Assembly: GCA_013265495.1 (NCBI GenBank)
Contig: MU058844.1
Location: 124,001-188,000 of the forward strand
DNA length: 64,000 bases
Origin: Vicugna vicugna
Lineage: Eukaryota
Direction of reading: 5' to 3'
Shown here: positions 1-12,300 of the stretch, piece by piece
Layout: each line of letters starts with the position of its first letter
How positions within the stretch are numbered: the first letter of the stretch is position 1
Notes under the pieces: generated by a model
The model's input: only the letters and a program-made list of their open reading frames with translations
Told to the model about the DNA's origin: nothing
Database searches by the model: none
Translations under genes and position numbers: made by a program

Positions 1-110
1 GGGAGGTAATTAGGTTTATTTGTTTATTTTTAATGGAGGTTCTGGAGATTGAACCCAGGACCTTCGGCATGCTAAGCATACCCTCCCTCCTTGAGCTATA
101 CCCTCCCCAC
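1..110 (-). mobile_element. tRNA-derived SINE, camelid Vic-1-like (3' tail cut by the window edge)
   Basis: Reverse complement reads GGGGAGGGTATAGCTCAAG...GCTTAGCATGCCGAAGGTCCTGGGTTCAATCTCCAGAACCTCCATTAAAAATAAACAAATAAACCTAATTACCTCCC, with A-box and B-box-like motifs and the tail I recall for camelid SINEs. Confidence 0.8.
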
Positions 111-199
111 TAAACACTTCAAAGTTCATGTTCCATCTTGCTGAGCCACTCATTTTTCTCACATACTTGCACAGACCTGACCCAGCTCCATCAATTTAC

Positions 200-625
200 C
201 ACTCATCCTGCTCCCTGACCACACCAGCCTGCTTGGAACCTCAGGGCCTTGTACTAGCCGGTCCCTCTCCCTGAAACATTCTTCCACTGACTCCCTCCAT
301 CAAACGTGACTTCTCAGTGGAACCCGTCCTGACTGCCCTATGCTCAATCACATCTCCCATTCCACTCTGCAACCACACCCCCGACCACGTATCACCTTTG
401 AACATATTATGTATCATATGGATGTGCTATGTTTGTGGTTGCTGACTGCTCCCACCCCACACACTCATCCCATCCCTGCCAGAATGTAAGCTCCCCACAG
501 ACAAGGGAATTTTGTCAGTTTTGTTCAATGATGTTCAATGATATATCCCAGGCACCAAGATTAGTGCCTAGGACATAGCAGCTTCCTACTACATAAATGA
601 ACACTGCTGGATAAATGAACAAATT
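200..625 (+). mobile_element. L2 LINE 3' end
   Basis: Typical L2 3' motifs: CCTCAGGGCCTT, AGAATGTAAGCTCC, TTTTGTTCA...ATATCCCAG, AGTGCCTAGGACATAG, ending in ATAAATGAACAAAT. Confidence 0.8.
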
Positions 626-2413
626 AAAAGGAGCAATTCATTACAATTACAAAATATTCATTTAGCTCTGCTGTCTATGGCCACAGACAGTGTTACCAAG
701 CACTCCCACTTTTAGTTTACTTAGCACTAAGAACCAAAGAAACAACACTGCATAATTTGGGAGAGGGGGTGACTCCATAACAATAAAATACTATCAAGGT
801 TAAGAGTAGGCAGCTACCCACTTTCTACACTGAACTGGGCCACAACAAACTCCTCCCTCCCACATCTACATTTAATTTTAAGGGAGTGAGAAAGACAGAC
901 TCAAAGATGGCTTCTGAGAAATTATGGCGGAATGAGACCTGACCCCACAGTCTCCATCCCCCCAATTCCTAAGGAAATCAATAAAAGGTAATAAAAGGAA
1001 GCTAACCAAAATGATGGCAGAACCACTCTCCAATTCCTACCTCCTTAAACCCAGATCAATGATTCAAAAGAGCTCAACTTTAAGAGAGCGACCCTGATAT
1101 CACCAAGTCTAGGGAGGAAGAGTGAGTTAAGTGGGTTTTTAAATCACTTTTTCTCCTCTGACTTCAGTAGATTGGGGCTGGTAACTATCACATGGAAGGA
1201 TAGGGGAGATGAGAACGTGAACAACAAGGACTGACTGTTCTTGGCAGAAGTGACAAGACATTTCACGTGGTCTCAGGAGAGACTGCAGGGCACAGGTATT
1301 ACCATGTGACCGACACATAATCAACTTAGCTGAGCTCACTCCTCTGTGCCAACTCTTCTGCTAATATGTACCCTTAAATAAGCTAAAGAAAGTGGACAGA
1401 CTAGGAAATACCCAGTGCTCAGGGGTCAAAGAGGTGCCACGGAGAAATCACCCCAGTGTGTTAGAGCACCAAAGGCTGGACACAGGTGCCCAAACGTGGG
1501 CAGGATGGGGTGAAACAGCATGGCAATTGACACATTGTAGTGACAAGTACTTTTAACATAATGTTAAAAGGGAAGATTATGTGGGAAAAAACTGGCCAAA
1601 AAATCTACACTCCCTAAGGGATAAGAGAAAGTAATTCTTCATAGAACAACTTAAAAGTATAATAGAAACATGAATACAGTAAAACAATAGCTTAGCAATA
1701 AGATAATCAAATAACAAAATGAGATTTAAAAAGAAACATGTCATACTAAATGATAAATTGAGAACCAAACAGCATCATCATGAAACCAGTAAATAAATTA
1801 GAAATACCAAGGAATAGAATTAATGCAACTCCAAATTATCTTCACGAAAGACTTGAGATAAAAGGCAGAATTTAAAGCAATTAGAGAAAAACGATAGACA
1901 TGGAGGAGAGAAAAAATACAGTCCATTAAAAGGTTAATGGGTATTCCTGAAGTAGAACACCCAGCCCAAAGTATTTAAAGATCTACTACAAGAAAATATC
2001 CCTAAAATGAATTAGCAGCAGAATCTCTAAGTTGCAAGAGCATACTCTGTTTTAGGGGGAAAAAATGACACAGAATAATCAACTATGAAACATATTCTGG
2101 CTAAATAATTGAATTTCCAGTTCCAAAATATAATTCTTCAAGCAGAAAAAGCAAGTTGCCTACAAGGAAGAGAAAGTCAGTCAAATTTTTCAACAGTCCT
2201 TAAATGTAAAAGATAATGAAGCAATTCCTCCAAAACTCTAAGGGGATAAAGTATAGTCTCTGAACATTATTGTTAGTCAAGATGATTTTCAAATACAGAG
2301 GTAATCAGTAGGTATTCTTGAACATAAAAACAACTGAAGAATTCAGCATTCTGAGCCCTCCTTTAGAAGTCATGACAGTCTAGTTAGTGCAATGAATAAA
2401 ATAAAAATACCAT

Positions 2414-2633
2414 CAGTGGCACACCAAAGGTGGGCAGGGGGAAACTGCTTCAGATGCAGGCAATAAGGATGCATTGTTCACAGAGAATTTAAAAACAGAA
2501 ATAAAACCACCGAAAATCAGTCTGCTTTTCATACGCCCATGTACCAACAATTATAAGCAATGAAAATGATAAAATATCTCTCCTTTCTGGGGTGGAATGT
2601 TCCCCTACCAGGCAGTCACCCCTAAGACCCTTG
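2414..2633 (+). mobile_element. hAT-Tip100 non-autonomous element (MER97-like)
   Basis: Starts CAGTGGCACACCAAAGG and contains GCAGGCAATAAGG...GAGAATTTAAAAAC...AGTCTGCTTTT, matching my recollection of MER97-type consensus. Confidence 0.6.
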
Positions 2634-2951
2634 ACCTGCTTCTTAATTTCAGTGATAGGAAAGCCACAGTGAAAAGATCAGTACTGGACACGGAAGTTAT
2701 TTAAATATAAAACCGATTCTAAACAACTGAATAGAACATAATGTTACATATCTTGTCTATATGAAAACATAATATAACTAACCAATATTAAGGCTAAATT
2801 ATGGAATAGAATATAAACATTAAATACTTTGTGTAAAAATAACAATGTAACTAACCAAAATCTGGAAGGGAAGAAAGGAAAGAGAGTAAGAGTGCCTAGG
2901 AGCTCATTTATCACGGCAGGGGAGAAGTCTATGCTGTCTGAAAGGAGATGG

Positions 2952-3348
2952 CAGCAGTCAGGACAGGCTGCTACCATGGGAGGAAACAAACCCTAAATCT
3001 CATGACTTAACAAAAGGAGAGAGTTCATTTCTCACTCACACGCCCTCCACTGCGAGCCCACGTGGGTCTCCAGTGCAGTCCCTCCTTGATTTGGTGCTGC
3101 CTTCCATGCCACACTGAAGTTATGCTCCTCCACATTCACGTAAGCATCCATGCTCACCAAGACAGGGAAAGGAAGGGGGAGAGAACAGAGATCTGGCAAT
3201 TAAATACACCCATCGTTAAGTGACTCTGGTCACTTCTGCTCACTTTTGTGGCTAAAGCAAGTCACAAGGTCACCTAACTTGAAGGCAGTGAGGAAGCACA
3301 ATCCTCTTATATCCTAGAAGCAACAGAAAACTGGCAATACTGTCTACA
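2952..3348 (-). mobile_element. MaLR solo LTR (old MLT1 subfamily)
   Basis: Contains CAGTCAGGACAGGCT...CCCTAAATCTCATGACTTAA...TTCATTTCTCACTCACA and TCACTTCTGCTCAC...GGCTAAAGCAAGTCACAAGGTCACCTAACTT, hallmark MLT1 segments. Confidence 0.75.
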
Positions 3349-4205
3349 AGAAATAGAGAAAAAGAAAGCCAAAACCTAAAACATTATGTTCATCACCCCT
3401 TTTCTTAACCTCAGACAGAAAAAAAAAAATAACATTTCTTACTATGAAAAACAGGTTTATTCAAATTTTAATAATTTCTTAATTTTCACTTAGTTTCTTT
3501 TTCTCCAGTTAAATTCAAATAAAGTTAAATGTATTAATTTTTAAATTTAAAAATCAGCATGTATCATATGACCCCACTTTTATGAAAGCACTTTCTTTCT
3601 ATCTATCATCCATCCATCTTCCCATCTACAAACATGCTTAGGGAGATGTTCAACAGGATGTTCACTTAATAAGGCTTATTTCTGAGTGACAGGATTTTTT
3701 TGTCTTTTTTAAAATTTTTATGCATTCCTGGGATTTTTTAATAATAAGCATTATCATTTTTATAAACATAGTAGAGTCATTATTAGAATACAGATGAATT
3801 AGAAATAACATTGGACCTTCTATTATCAAGCCTTAAAACCACCAGATGGTAAAAAGGAGATTTTTACATTGCTCAAGGAAAGGAAGGAGGATTAAAGGAG
3901 GAGAACATGTGATACTTCATGATCATTACATACTGTTTGAATTTACAGAATGGGTAGGTGCTAATAGCTTCAGGCCAGGTAGCCGGTTTGAGTTAGTTAT
4001 GTAAAGGACATTCATTTCTATTTTACTAAGTTTTTAAGTCCTTTCTATCTTGCTGATACAAGTCATTTCTACCAAATATGCAGTTGCTTACTGAGTTTAA
4101 TAGAGATGTACTATGGAAATGGAGTTGGTTTTTCCCATTTAAAAATATGGACATTAAATACAAAAGTACAATTAATAAATTGAAGGGGAAAAAATAACTT
4201 CTAAC

Positions 4206-4469
4206 CACAGCCAACTTATCCATTAGGGACCGGGGATACTGCCAAGAGCCTATGGTACTTCTGGGGGGCCACAAAAATCTTTTAATTTCTTTTCAAATCA
4301 GAAGAAAAAATGAACTTTAGGTCAAAGAAAATGTTTGAGTATATAATATTAATATATTCATCTTTATACCAAACCAGTCATAAACTGTACTTTTTCATAC
4401 TTTTTATGGAGGAAAAGGCCCACAAAGGCAACAGTGCCTCTAGTCCATGAAAATCATAATGTGGCCCTG
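4206..4469 (-). mobile_element. hAT-Tip100 MITE (ORSL-like) with degenerate 8-bp target-site duplication
   Basis: Termini CACAGCCAACTTATCC and CATAATGTGGCCCTG; flanks CTTCTAAC (4198-4205) and TTTCTAAG (4470-4477) match 6/8, consistent with a hAT 8-bp TSD. Confidence 0.7.
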
Positions 4470-5254
4470 TTTCTAAGTCACAGATTCTTTGGCAAATGGC
4501 AAAAATTACTGGGTTTATTGAAACACATACTTAAAAAAAAAACTACCTTTCAAAATTAAAAACAGTGTAGTTGTTGAGAGACAAAATTCCAAAGTGCCTT
4601 GTCAGTTACTTGGAGTGCACAGATGACTAATGTAAATTCTCAACATTAATGACAACACTGTCTTTTTTCACAGTCTACTAGCAAACGACATTAAAGATTT
4701 CTTTATATGGAAGTCGCATTATAAAGTTTCAAGTTTTTTCCCTTTTCTAAATAGGAGAAATGAACTTCTTAATCACATTATTTCCCACAGACAATTGTCT
4801 CCCAAATTTTCAAAATTGTTTAAAAGTATTTGTAAATTTATTTTAGTCTTCAAGATCAAATACATAAATACCTAAATTGATACTCAAACCAAAGAAAACA
4901 AGCTGGCCCCGTGGTCCCTTGATACTATCTTTGCTGCTGGTTTTGGGGCAGTAAAGAGTAAAGAGAGAGTTAAGGAAGCTTCAACTGCATATTAAAATTA
5001 TCAAGTAACAACTCTGACAGATTTACGTTTTCCCTATCAGTCCTAAACCTGCTTAGAAGGACAAGATCAAATTAAGGAGTGCTTATAGATGTTGACTTTA
5101 GGCATCAAAAGTACATTCCTTTGATGGGAGTTCAGCTGGGTTGAGTGGCTTGGCAGTAAAACTAAAGAAATAAAAAAGGATGGAGGTCACGTAAATTTGC
5201 CAAGCAAAATTTTTCAAAGCTGTGACACAACAATAATCTTAAAAATGAAACTCT

Positions 5255-5555
5255 CAGTCCTCTTATCAGCAACTATGGTGAGAGATGGAAGGCAGGTTTT
5301 TAAATTTGCTGCCTTCACACAACTGGAAGGGACAATGAATGTGATGACTGGCATAATCAAGAATCAAAATAATTTGGATAGATCGATGGAATGATTCCAG
5401 CAAGATTTAATTTGCTTTGAGATAAATGTGTCATCCTACCAAGCTTTAAAAATCAATCATACCAAGATACAGACTGTTTTCAACCTGCCTCCAATGCAGT
5501 TTAGGAGAAAGGCTTAGCTGTCTTAATTGACTGCAAATGCAATATGACCCTAGTT
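5255..5555 (+). mobile_element. CR1/L3 LINE fragment (C-terminal part of reverse transcriptase)
   Basis: Translates as a degenerate KFAAFTQLEG...IKNQNNLDR...DKC...KGLAVLIDCK, resembling CR1 KFADDTKLGG...IQxDLDRL...DKCKVL...KDLGVLVD. Confidence 0.75.
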
Positions 5556-6469
5556 TAAAAAAAAAAAAAGGAAAAAAAGAAAAAGAGAAACTGAGCACCA
5601 TGTTAGTTCCAAATACTGTCCATAACTTTGGAATCAGGCACAAGGGAAACAACAGTCTCACAGAATTCACATCAGTCAAACAGACAGACCTCTTCCAAAC
5701 CAATGACCTGACTGCAGATTATGTGGACAGAGAAGCAAGCAAAGCCTGAATGCAAGGCCTGTCCAAAGACATTAACCTGTAGGCACATACGAACTCAATG
5801 TGAAAGTACTTGGCATCTACCACAGTGAACTATGAGCTCTAATGAGGCAGGCATCGTGTCTGTCTTGTTCATAGCAAGGACCCAGCGCATATCTGGTACG
5901 TTACAGCTCCCAAGAAACAACTCTGAAGACTTTAGTTTAAAAATGTATGGAGCAGCTGCCTTTTACACGGGGGACACATTCAGAAGTTCTCACACAATGA
6001 CACTAACTTGGCAAAGCACAGGAACACTGCCTTGCACAAAGAACTTAAGCACAGTAGAGAATTCCACTTGACTGTGAAATTTTGAGATTCCTGGCAAAAT
6101 TTTAATTTTCTAGGATTTGCATTATTTCAAATTTTGTGCCTAAAGTGAGACTTCAGTAATAATTTTTATCAACTAATTCAAATATGCCTAACTTAACATA
6201 AAATGCAATGGCACTCTGAGGATAGATACATTAATTCAGTAAATATTAATTGAGGCCTACTATGTAACTGGTACTTTTCAGAGCTAATCACACAGCAGTG
6301 GGCAAATTTAGCTATTTGTGTGAATTGTTTGCAGTTTTTCTGCTTTAAAACGGTGTATCTAAACCAGCTCATTTATTTTACCGACGAAAAAGATAAAATA
6401 AAGGAATTAAAGTCAGTTGCTCACTCTCACAATTCATTGGCCATAGGGATCCGAAGACAGTGATCTGCA

Positions 6470-6830
6470 GATGTCTAACCCAGGAGGTACTGAGTGCCTG
6501 TTACCAGCTGCAAATAGCGGCTGAAGTTAACATGTCAGGGGCACATTTATGAAAGGATCTCAAAAATAACATAGGCTCATCATTAATAAATATTCTTTTA
6601 ATCTCCTTGTTAACATTCTCTGTTTTTCTGTTTTTTAACCAAAAATTTCTTTTAAAAACATAGACATACTAGGAGCATGTGCATATATGTATGTGTGAAA
6701 CTGAAAGAAAAGTTTAACAAAACAAAAAATCCTTACCTTTACTATATGTCATCTTATTTATTTTATTTCAATCCTGATCAGCAACCACTGAATTGACTCC
6801 ATGTTCCACTAACCTGTGGCAATACTGTTC
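6470..6830. mobile_element. hAT-Charlie family relic (MER113-like)
   Basis: Segment AAACTGAAAGAAAAGTTTAACAAAACA...CCTTACC...CCACTGAATTGACTCCATG...CCACTAA resembles old Charlie MITE ends; very diverged. Confidence 0.45.
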
Positions 6831-7223
6831 TAGTGTACATTCTGCTAATGGCTACTCCCCATTCAATAATTAGCTCACATGTCACCTCCTCAGAGAAGCC
6901 TTCCAGGATTCCTCCAAGCATACTCAATCATGCCCTTCTTCAAAGCCTGGCATGAGTGACAGTGAATATACAAGGAAGGAGCAAATCAGGAGAGAATAGG
7001 AGGTGGCACTGGAATGCCTCTCTATGCCACACCTCAGCCGCATGCTGGAGGGGGAGCCCCTCAAGCACAGGGGCTGAGAGGGTCTTCTCACCCCAGATCA
7101 GTTTCCTGGGCACCGAGCACTTCCTGGCATATCACGAGTGCTCATTAAGCAACTGTTGAAATAAATCCTTTAGGGAGCTGATGAAAGAGCTGACCCTGAA
7201 AACAAATAAAAGAGCCCATCCAT

Positions 7224-7365
7224 CAGAGGCTGCACACTGGGAGCCAATGGACTGAATTTGGCCCACAGACATGTTTCATTTGGCCTGTGTAATTCAAAAA
7301 ACTACAGAGACAGTATTTGAAAACTGGGAGGTTTCACAAAATTCCAGATGTGTAGCTTTGCTTGT
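7224..7365 (+). mobile_element. MER102-like hAT-Charlie element, 5' part
   Basis: CAGAGGCTGCACACTGG...GAATTTGGCCCACAGACATGTTTCATTTGGCC...GGGAGGTTTCACAAAATTCCAGAT. Confidence 0.7.
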
Positions 7366-7904
7366 CAGCTCACCAGAGTCATCCTCAGGCTGCTACCACC
7401 CTACCCCCACCCCCACAATAGCCACTTCTTCCCACAGTGCCCATGAAAGCCCGGGTGCTGGGCTGCCTTCCCACGTCCAGGACCCCTGGGCCCTGCAGGT
7501 GTGGGATTTGTGATTCCTGCACCAAGCAACGGGGGGGAAGCATGCGGAGTACAACAGCCTGTGTACCTGGGGGCTGAATCTCCCAGCCATCTAGGGAAGG
7601 ACAAAGGACCCTTCTCATTCAAGAAAGCAGACTCCCCCAGGTAGCTGTACTTTTTTCCCAGGGCATCCACCACAGTGCTCTCTGGGAGGAAATGAAAAAA
7701 AAAAAGAGTGGAATCATAGGAAATAAAGACCAAAATTAGAACATTTTATTTTTCCTTGTATCTTTTGGCATTGAATAACACCATTTTGCACAGGTGGGTT
7801 TTCAATAAACTTGGAAGTAAGGCTATGGAAAATGTTTTAAATGCTGTGTTGGTCTTAAAATTCCAGTTCTTCAGATATAAAAGTGATGTTTGAGTATCTT
7901 CCTC

Positions 7905-9450
7905 CCATGGACACATACTCATGAAAGCCTCAAAACTCTCAATCAAAATTATTCTCAATCAAAATCCCAGCATATTTTTAAAGAGAAATTGACAAGATGA
8001 TTCTAAATTTATAAGGAGATGTGAGGGCCAAAATAATTTTGAAAAAAAACACAGTGGAGAAATTACACTACCTGATTACAAGACATATTCTAAAACTAAA
8101 GAAATGAAGAGAGTGTGATATTAGTAAAATGATACAAAAATTGATCAGTGGAACAGACTGAAGTCCAGAAACGGATCTACACCTTTAAGGACAACTGACT
8201 TTCAACAAAGGTACACAGGCAATTCAGTGGAGAAAGGACAGTCTTCCCACCAAGTGATGCGGACACAATTGACTATGTACGTGCACAAAAAATAAAGAGA
8301 AGTTCGATCCATACCTCATGCCATATACAAAAATTAACTCAAAACTGATCACAGACCAAACGAAAAACCTAAAACTACATAAATTCCAGAAGAAAATATA
8401 GGATAAAAACATCGGCAACCTTAGCTTAGGAAAAGTTTTCCTAGAAACAATGCCCAAAACATGATCCATATAAGAACAAATTGATAAAGTAGATGTCATC
8501 AAAACGCAAAATTTCTGTTCTTTAAAATATACTGTTAAGAGAATGGAAAGACTGACTATAGACTGAAAGAAAATACGTGCAAATCATACATCTTATAAAG
8601 GACTTATGTGCAGTATATGCAAAGACGTCTCTAAGCTTAACAAGAAAACAACTCAATTTGGAAATGGGGAAAGATTTAAACACACATTTCAGTTATTAAG
8701 GTATATAGATGGTAAATGAACACATGAAAAGATGTCCAAAACATTAGTCACTAGAGAAATGCAAATTAAAACCACAATGAGATATCACAATACACCTACT
8801 AGAATGGTAAAAATTAAGACTGATATACAATGTCAACGAGGATATGGAGGAACTGGAACTCTCATACACTGCTGGTGGGAAACTAAAATGGGACTTTGGA
8901 AAACAGTTTGGCAATCCCTTAAGAAGTTAAACATACACCTACCATACAATCCAGCCATTCCACTTATACATGTATACCAAAAAATGTCCATACAGCAGCT
9001 TTATTTGTAATGGCCAACAACACAGGTGTCCACTAATAGGTGAGTGGAAAAACAAACTGTGATATATCTGTACAATGAAATACTGTTCTATAATAAAAAG
9101 GAATGAAATACAGATATACACGTCAACATGAATGAATCTAAAAATAATTATGCAGAGTGAAGAAGCCAGACCAAAAAGAGCACTGTATAACTCCATTTGC
9201 ATACAATTCTAGGAAGTGAAATGAATGTATAATGACGCAGATTGATGTTTGCCTCCGGGATGGGAATTTCAGGAAGAAGGAATTACAAAGGAGTATAAGG
9301 AAACTTCAGGGGTGATAGATGTGTTCATTATTTGATTGTAGTGATGAGTTCATGGATGTATATGTGTCAAAACTTGTACACTAAGAATATGTGCAGTTTA
9401 TTGCATGTCACTTATACCTCAATAAAGTGATTTGTTTTTTGAAAGCAAAA
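7905..9450 (+). mobile_element. L1 LINE: ORF2 3' part plus 3' UTR (old L1M subfamily)
   Basis: ORF2 C-terminal remnants (REMQIKTTMRYH...PTRMVKIK; GTLIHCWWE; KKLNIHLPYNPAIPL), L1 3' UTR and AATAAA at 9421. Confidence 0.92.
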
Positions 9451-9609
9451 CAAACAACAAAACAAACCAAACAAAACACTCAGCTGTGCTGTCCCTTCTT
9501 GTCCCCTGATCCCATGTCACTGTGTGAAGTCCTTGTCCTAGACTTTCCCATAGCCCTGCATGCTACCCCAGCGCAGCCCTCATCACTGTGTATCGTTTTC
9601 ATCCGATGA

Positions 9610-9688
9610 TTACATTGAGCCATTAAGAAACTGCCAACATCCTACCATTCTGATCTCAAAACTGGCAGCTTCATGTGGCTAAACCTAA
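9610..9688. mobile_element. MADE2-like mariner-derived MITE (~80 bp)
   Basis: TTACATTGAGCCATTAAGAAACTGCCA...TGGCAGCTTCATGTGGCTAAACCTAA is an imperfect inverted repeat with the length and termini of MADE2. Confidence 0.7.
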
Positions 9689-11099
9689 GTGGCTGTCAGC
9701 TGTACCTGACGGTGAGTTCTCTGAGGTCCGAGGAAAGCCTGGTCCAGCGATGTTTGCTGAGTGAAAGCCCGGCCACTGCTGTGAAAATCCTTTTCTCTCC
9801 AGCTGCTGGCTCTCTGTAGCTTCAACACAAGCACCTCAGAAAAAGACTCTGGGACCCTGCCCTATGGCCTCACCCCTTTTATCCATTTAAAATCACTCAA
9901 ACACCCTGTAGGGTAAAAATCTCCTTTTTGCATAATTTTAAAACTTCCCATTTGAAAGTGATCCTTCAAAAGCAACAGAAACACACCCCTAGACTGCTGG
10001 AAGCAGAGGATGTAGCTTTGAAAATGTAAAAAAGTGTTAAAATATTTAAAGCAACCATAAATCAAAGCAAAACTCCGATTCCTGACATCTCTCTGAGGAG
10101 AAATTCCAGAGGCTGCAGTGCTTTAAAATAATATCATGTGCTTGGGCCCCAGCCTTGGCTGCTTCTCCCTTGGAACAACAAAAAGAACCGTGCCAGCTAT
10201 TAAAGGCGGTCTTGTTATATAATGCAGTTAATCTCACACACTCTTCCCTATGGGATTTAACCCAAGTTTCACAGTGGTCTACTTTATTTAGCATTGATAG
10301 TTTTATTCATTTCTTATTAAAGAGATTTTTCCACAAAATTGGCTGCTTTCTCAGCCTTGGCTTGAGAAGGACGAATATCTGAATTAAAAATCTGTGCAAC
10401 AGATGGACCTCAGTTACAAAGAATCTCTCTGGCTTCAGAAGTTCCTCACAGAGGCAGGTGTCAAGTGTGTTAATAAGTTCCTGGCTTTCAGATTTTCCTG
10501 AAGACAGTTGAGCCCTTCCCTTTATGCACCCTGAAGGCAAAACGGAAAACAAAAGCATAGAGCTCTGCAAATACTTGTCGGATTCTGGGGATGTATTTGC
10601 CTCACTTCCTGTTCATTTACAAGGAACTGTACTTTTACTAATGGGGAAAACAATCCCATCAGGCAGATTTGAGGAGGAAGGAGAAGGGGCCAGTGGAACT
10701 GCTGCCACGCCCTCCCTCCTGTGTGGGTGGGGTCCGAGCAGTGAAGGGTCTGGGAGGTCAGGCACTGGACATCCTGTTTACCACTCCATGGTGCGCGGCT
10801 CCTTCTTTACCGGGTGGGCTGGGGAAGGGCGCGTGGAAGGGGTTCTCTTGGCCTCCTGCAGCTGTTCCTTAACCAGCCCCTAAATTTCCCCTCCTAGCTA
10901 CTGCGCGGGTAACAGAGATGAGAAGCAAGATAAGTCATTCCTCCTCCACTGTATGACTCACGTGACAGATGCCCTGCTCCAAAGCTTACAAATAGTTTCA
11001 AACACAGCCCTTTCTGGTTTTAGAAAGTTCTCACATATGTGTGTTCCTCCATGTGTCGTTTAAAGCAAGGAGAAGGGAAGACAAAAGAAACATTTTTAC

Positions 11100-11265
11100 T
11101 CCTAATGCCATCACTGTGAGATAGGTATGATCACCATATTCTTTTTACAAGGAGGGCATTAATATTAGGAGAAACTGAATGACTTGGCGCAGATCACTCA
11201 GCCACAGAACTGACAGCCTGGTTTCAAACCCAGGTCCGTCTGCCTCCGGAGTCTGGGCTCTTCCT
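11100..11265 (-). mobile_element. MIR SINE
   Basis: CTGTGAGATAGGTA...TTTTACA...GACTTGGCGCAGATCAC...TTCAAACCCAGGTCCGTCTGCCTCC. Confidence 0.75.
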
Positions 11266-12023
11266 GTGGGTCTCTCTACGCTCTCTTGCCTCTGTCTGAT
11301 TAGATGAGTGTCAACAAATCCCTTGAGAGAGAAAGAGGATTACTGGGCAGTAATTTTGTGCTGATTCAAATACAGTTCCCAAACTGTATGGATACCCAGA
11401 AACACCTACTGAATGGTTGAGCCTGGAGCCAATATGGAAAGCAGTTGCCTGCAGAGAAGAACTTATTCATTTTACAGACTGAAATTTGGGAGTAGATGCA
11501 CTTTAATAAATATCAACAACAAAAACTTATTTTCATGATTGACTTAAAACAAGATCCTTGTAAATCCACACCTGTAATGTCTACCTGACTGAAAAGATTA
11601 ATGTGAGCAAATAATTAATGAAAAGACAGATGGGTTCAAAGGGAGCACAAGTGTCATGTGCTCTTACCTCCTCCCTCCCCTCCCCATTGTGCTCCACTTT
11701 GTCTACTGGCAGTTTCACTGCCTGCTGGTCAGTCACATTCTGTGGACAGAAGAGCCACAGGAGATGCAGACACCAGAACCAGCATCTAAAATTTTGGTAG
11801 ATGAATACCACTCAGCAGAAGGCTAGGTTTTTGGCTATGACACGTCATTCTAAAATATTCTTCCGTGTTAACGCAATAGTTCCATTAAATAAACTCAACT
11901 CTGACAAACACACTCAAAGTTTTTTTGAGTTTCCTTCTCCAGCAGCAAGGTACTTCTTTAAAAAGGAAAGAAAGAAGCAACAACAACAGAAAGCCACATG
12001 TAATATTCTTTTAGCCTACTTAC

Positions 12024-12300
12024 TGGCAGCATTTGATGCGTGTATGTTTCAAAAAGCATAGAAGCAGCTTTTATGGTTAGAAAATTGAAGTGCTATCAAA
12101 CCTAGGAAATTACAGGGATGAAAAACAAACAGCTTATCTACATACGTCCCATCTGCTTTTGGTTTTATGTTTTGCACAATCAATGACTGGAAGCCTTGGA
12201 AAGTATGCAAGGCACCACAGGAGGAGACCCCCGCGGTGTGTTCTAACAGCGGCTGGAGGTGAGGGTGATGCCGCCACAGAGCTAGCACCAAAACTCAGAC
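12024..12300 (-). other. Candidate alternative first exon(s) of an unidentified host gene (two 5' splice sites; upstream boundary unknown)
   Basis: Minus-strand donors CCA|GTAAGT (exon end 12024, preceded by ATG CTG CCA) and GAC|GTATGT (exon end 12146, preceded by ATG GGA C), inside a block of about 3 kb with no recognisable TE and several retained CpGs. Confidence 0.35.

Larger units (their letters stand above)
885..3780 (+). mobile_element. Old HAL1/L1 (ORF1-like) element, interrupted by two younger insertions
   Basis: A-rich degenerate ORF1-like sequence (GACATGGAGGAGAG...GGTATTCCTGAAG...CAAGAAAATATCCCTAAAATGA...CATATTCTGG...GTTGCCTACAAGG) with many stops and frameshifts; ends in an old L1-like 3' tail. 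Confidence 0.65.

Noticed and set aside
1..110. tRNA-like A/B boxes as a possible tRNA gene
   Set aside because: Followed by a SINE tail and too degenerate for a cloverleaf; it is a SINE.
8224..9202. ORFs 8224-8502, 8732-9010 and 8939-9202
   Set aside because: Sense and antisense translations of a dead L1, not genes.
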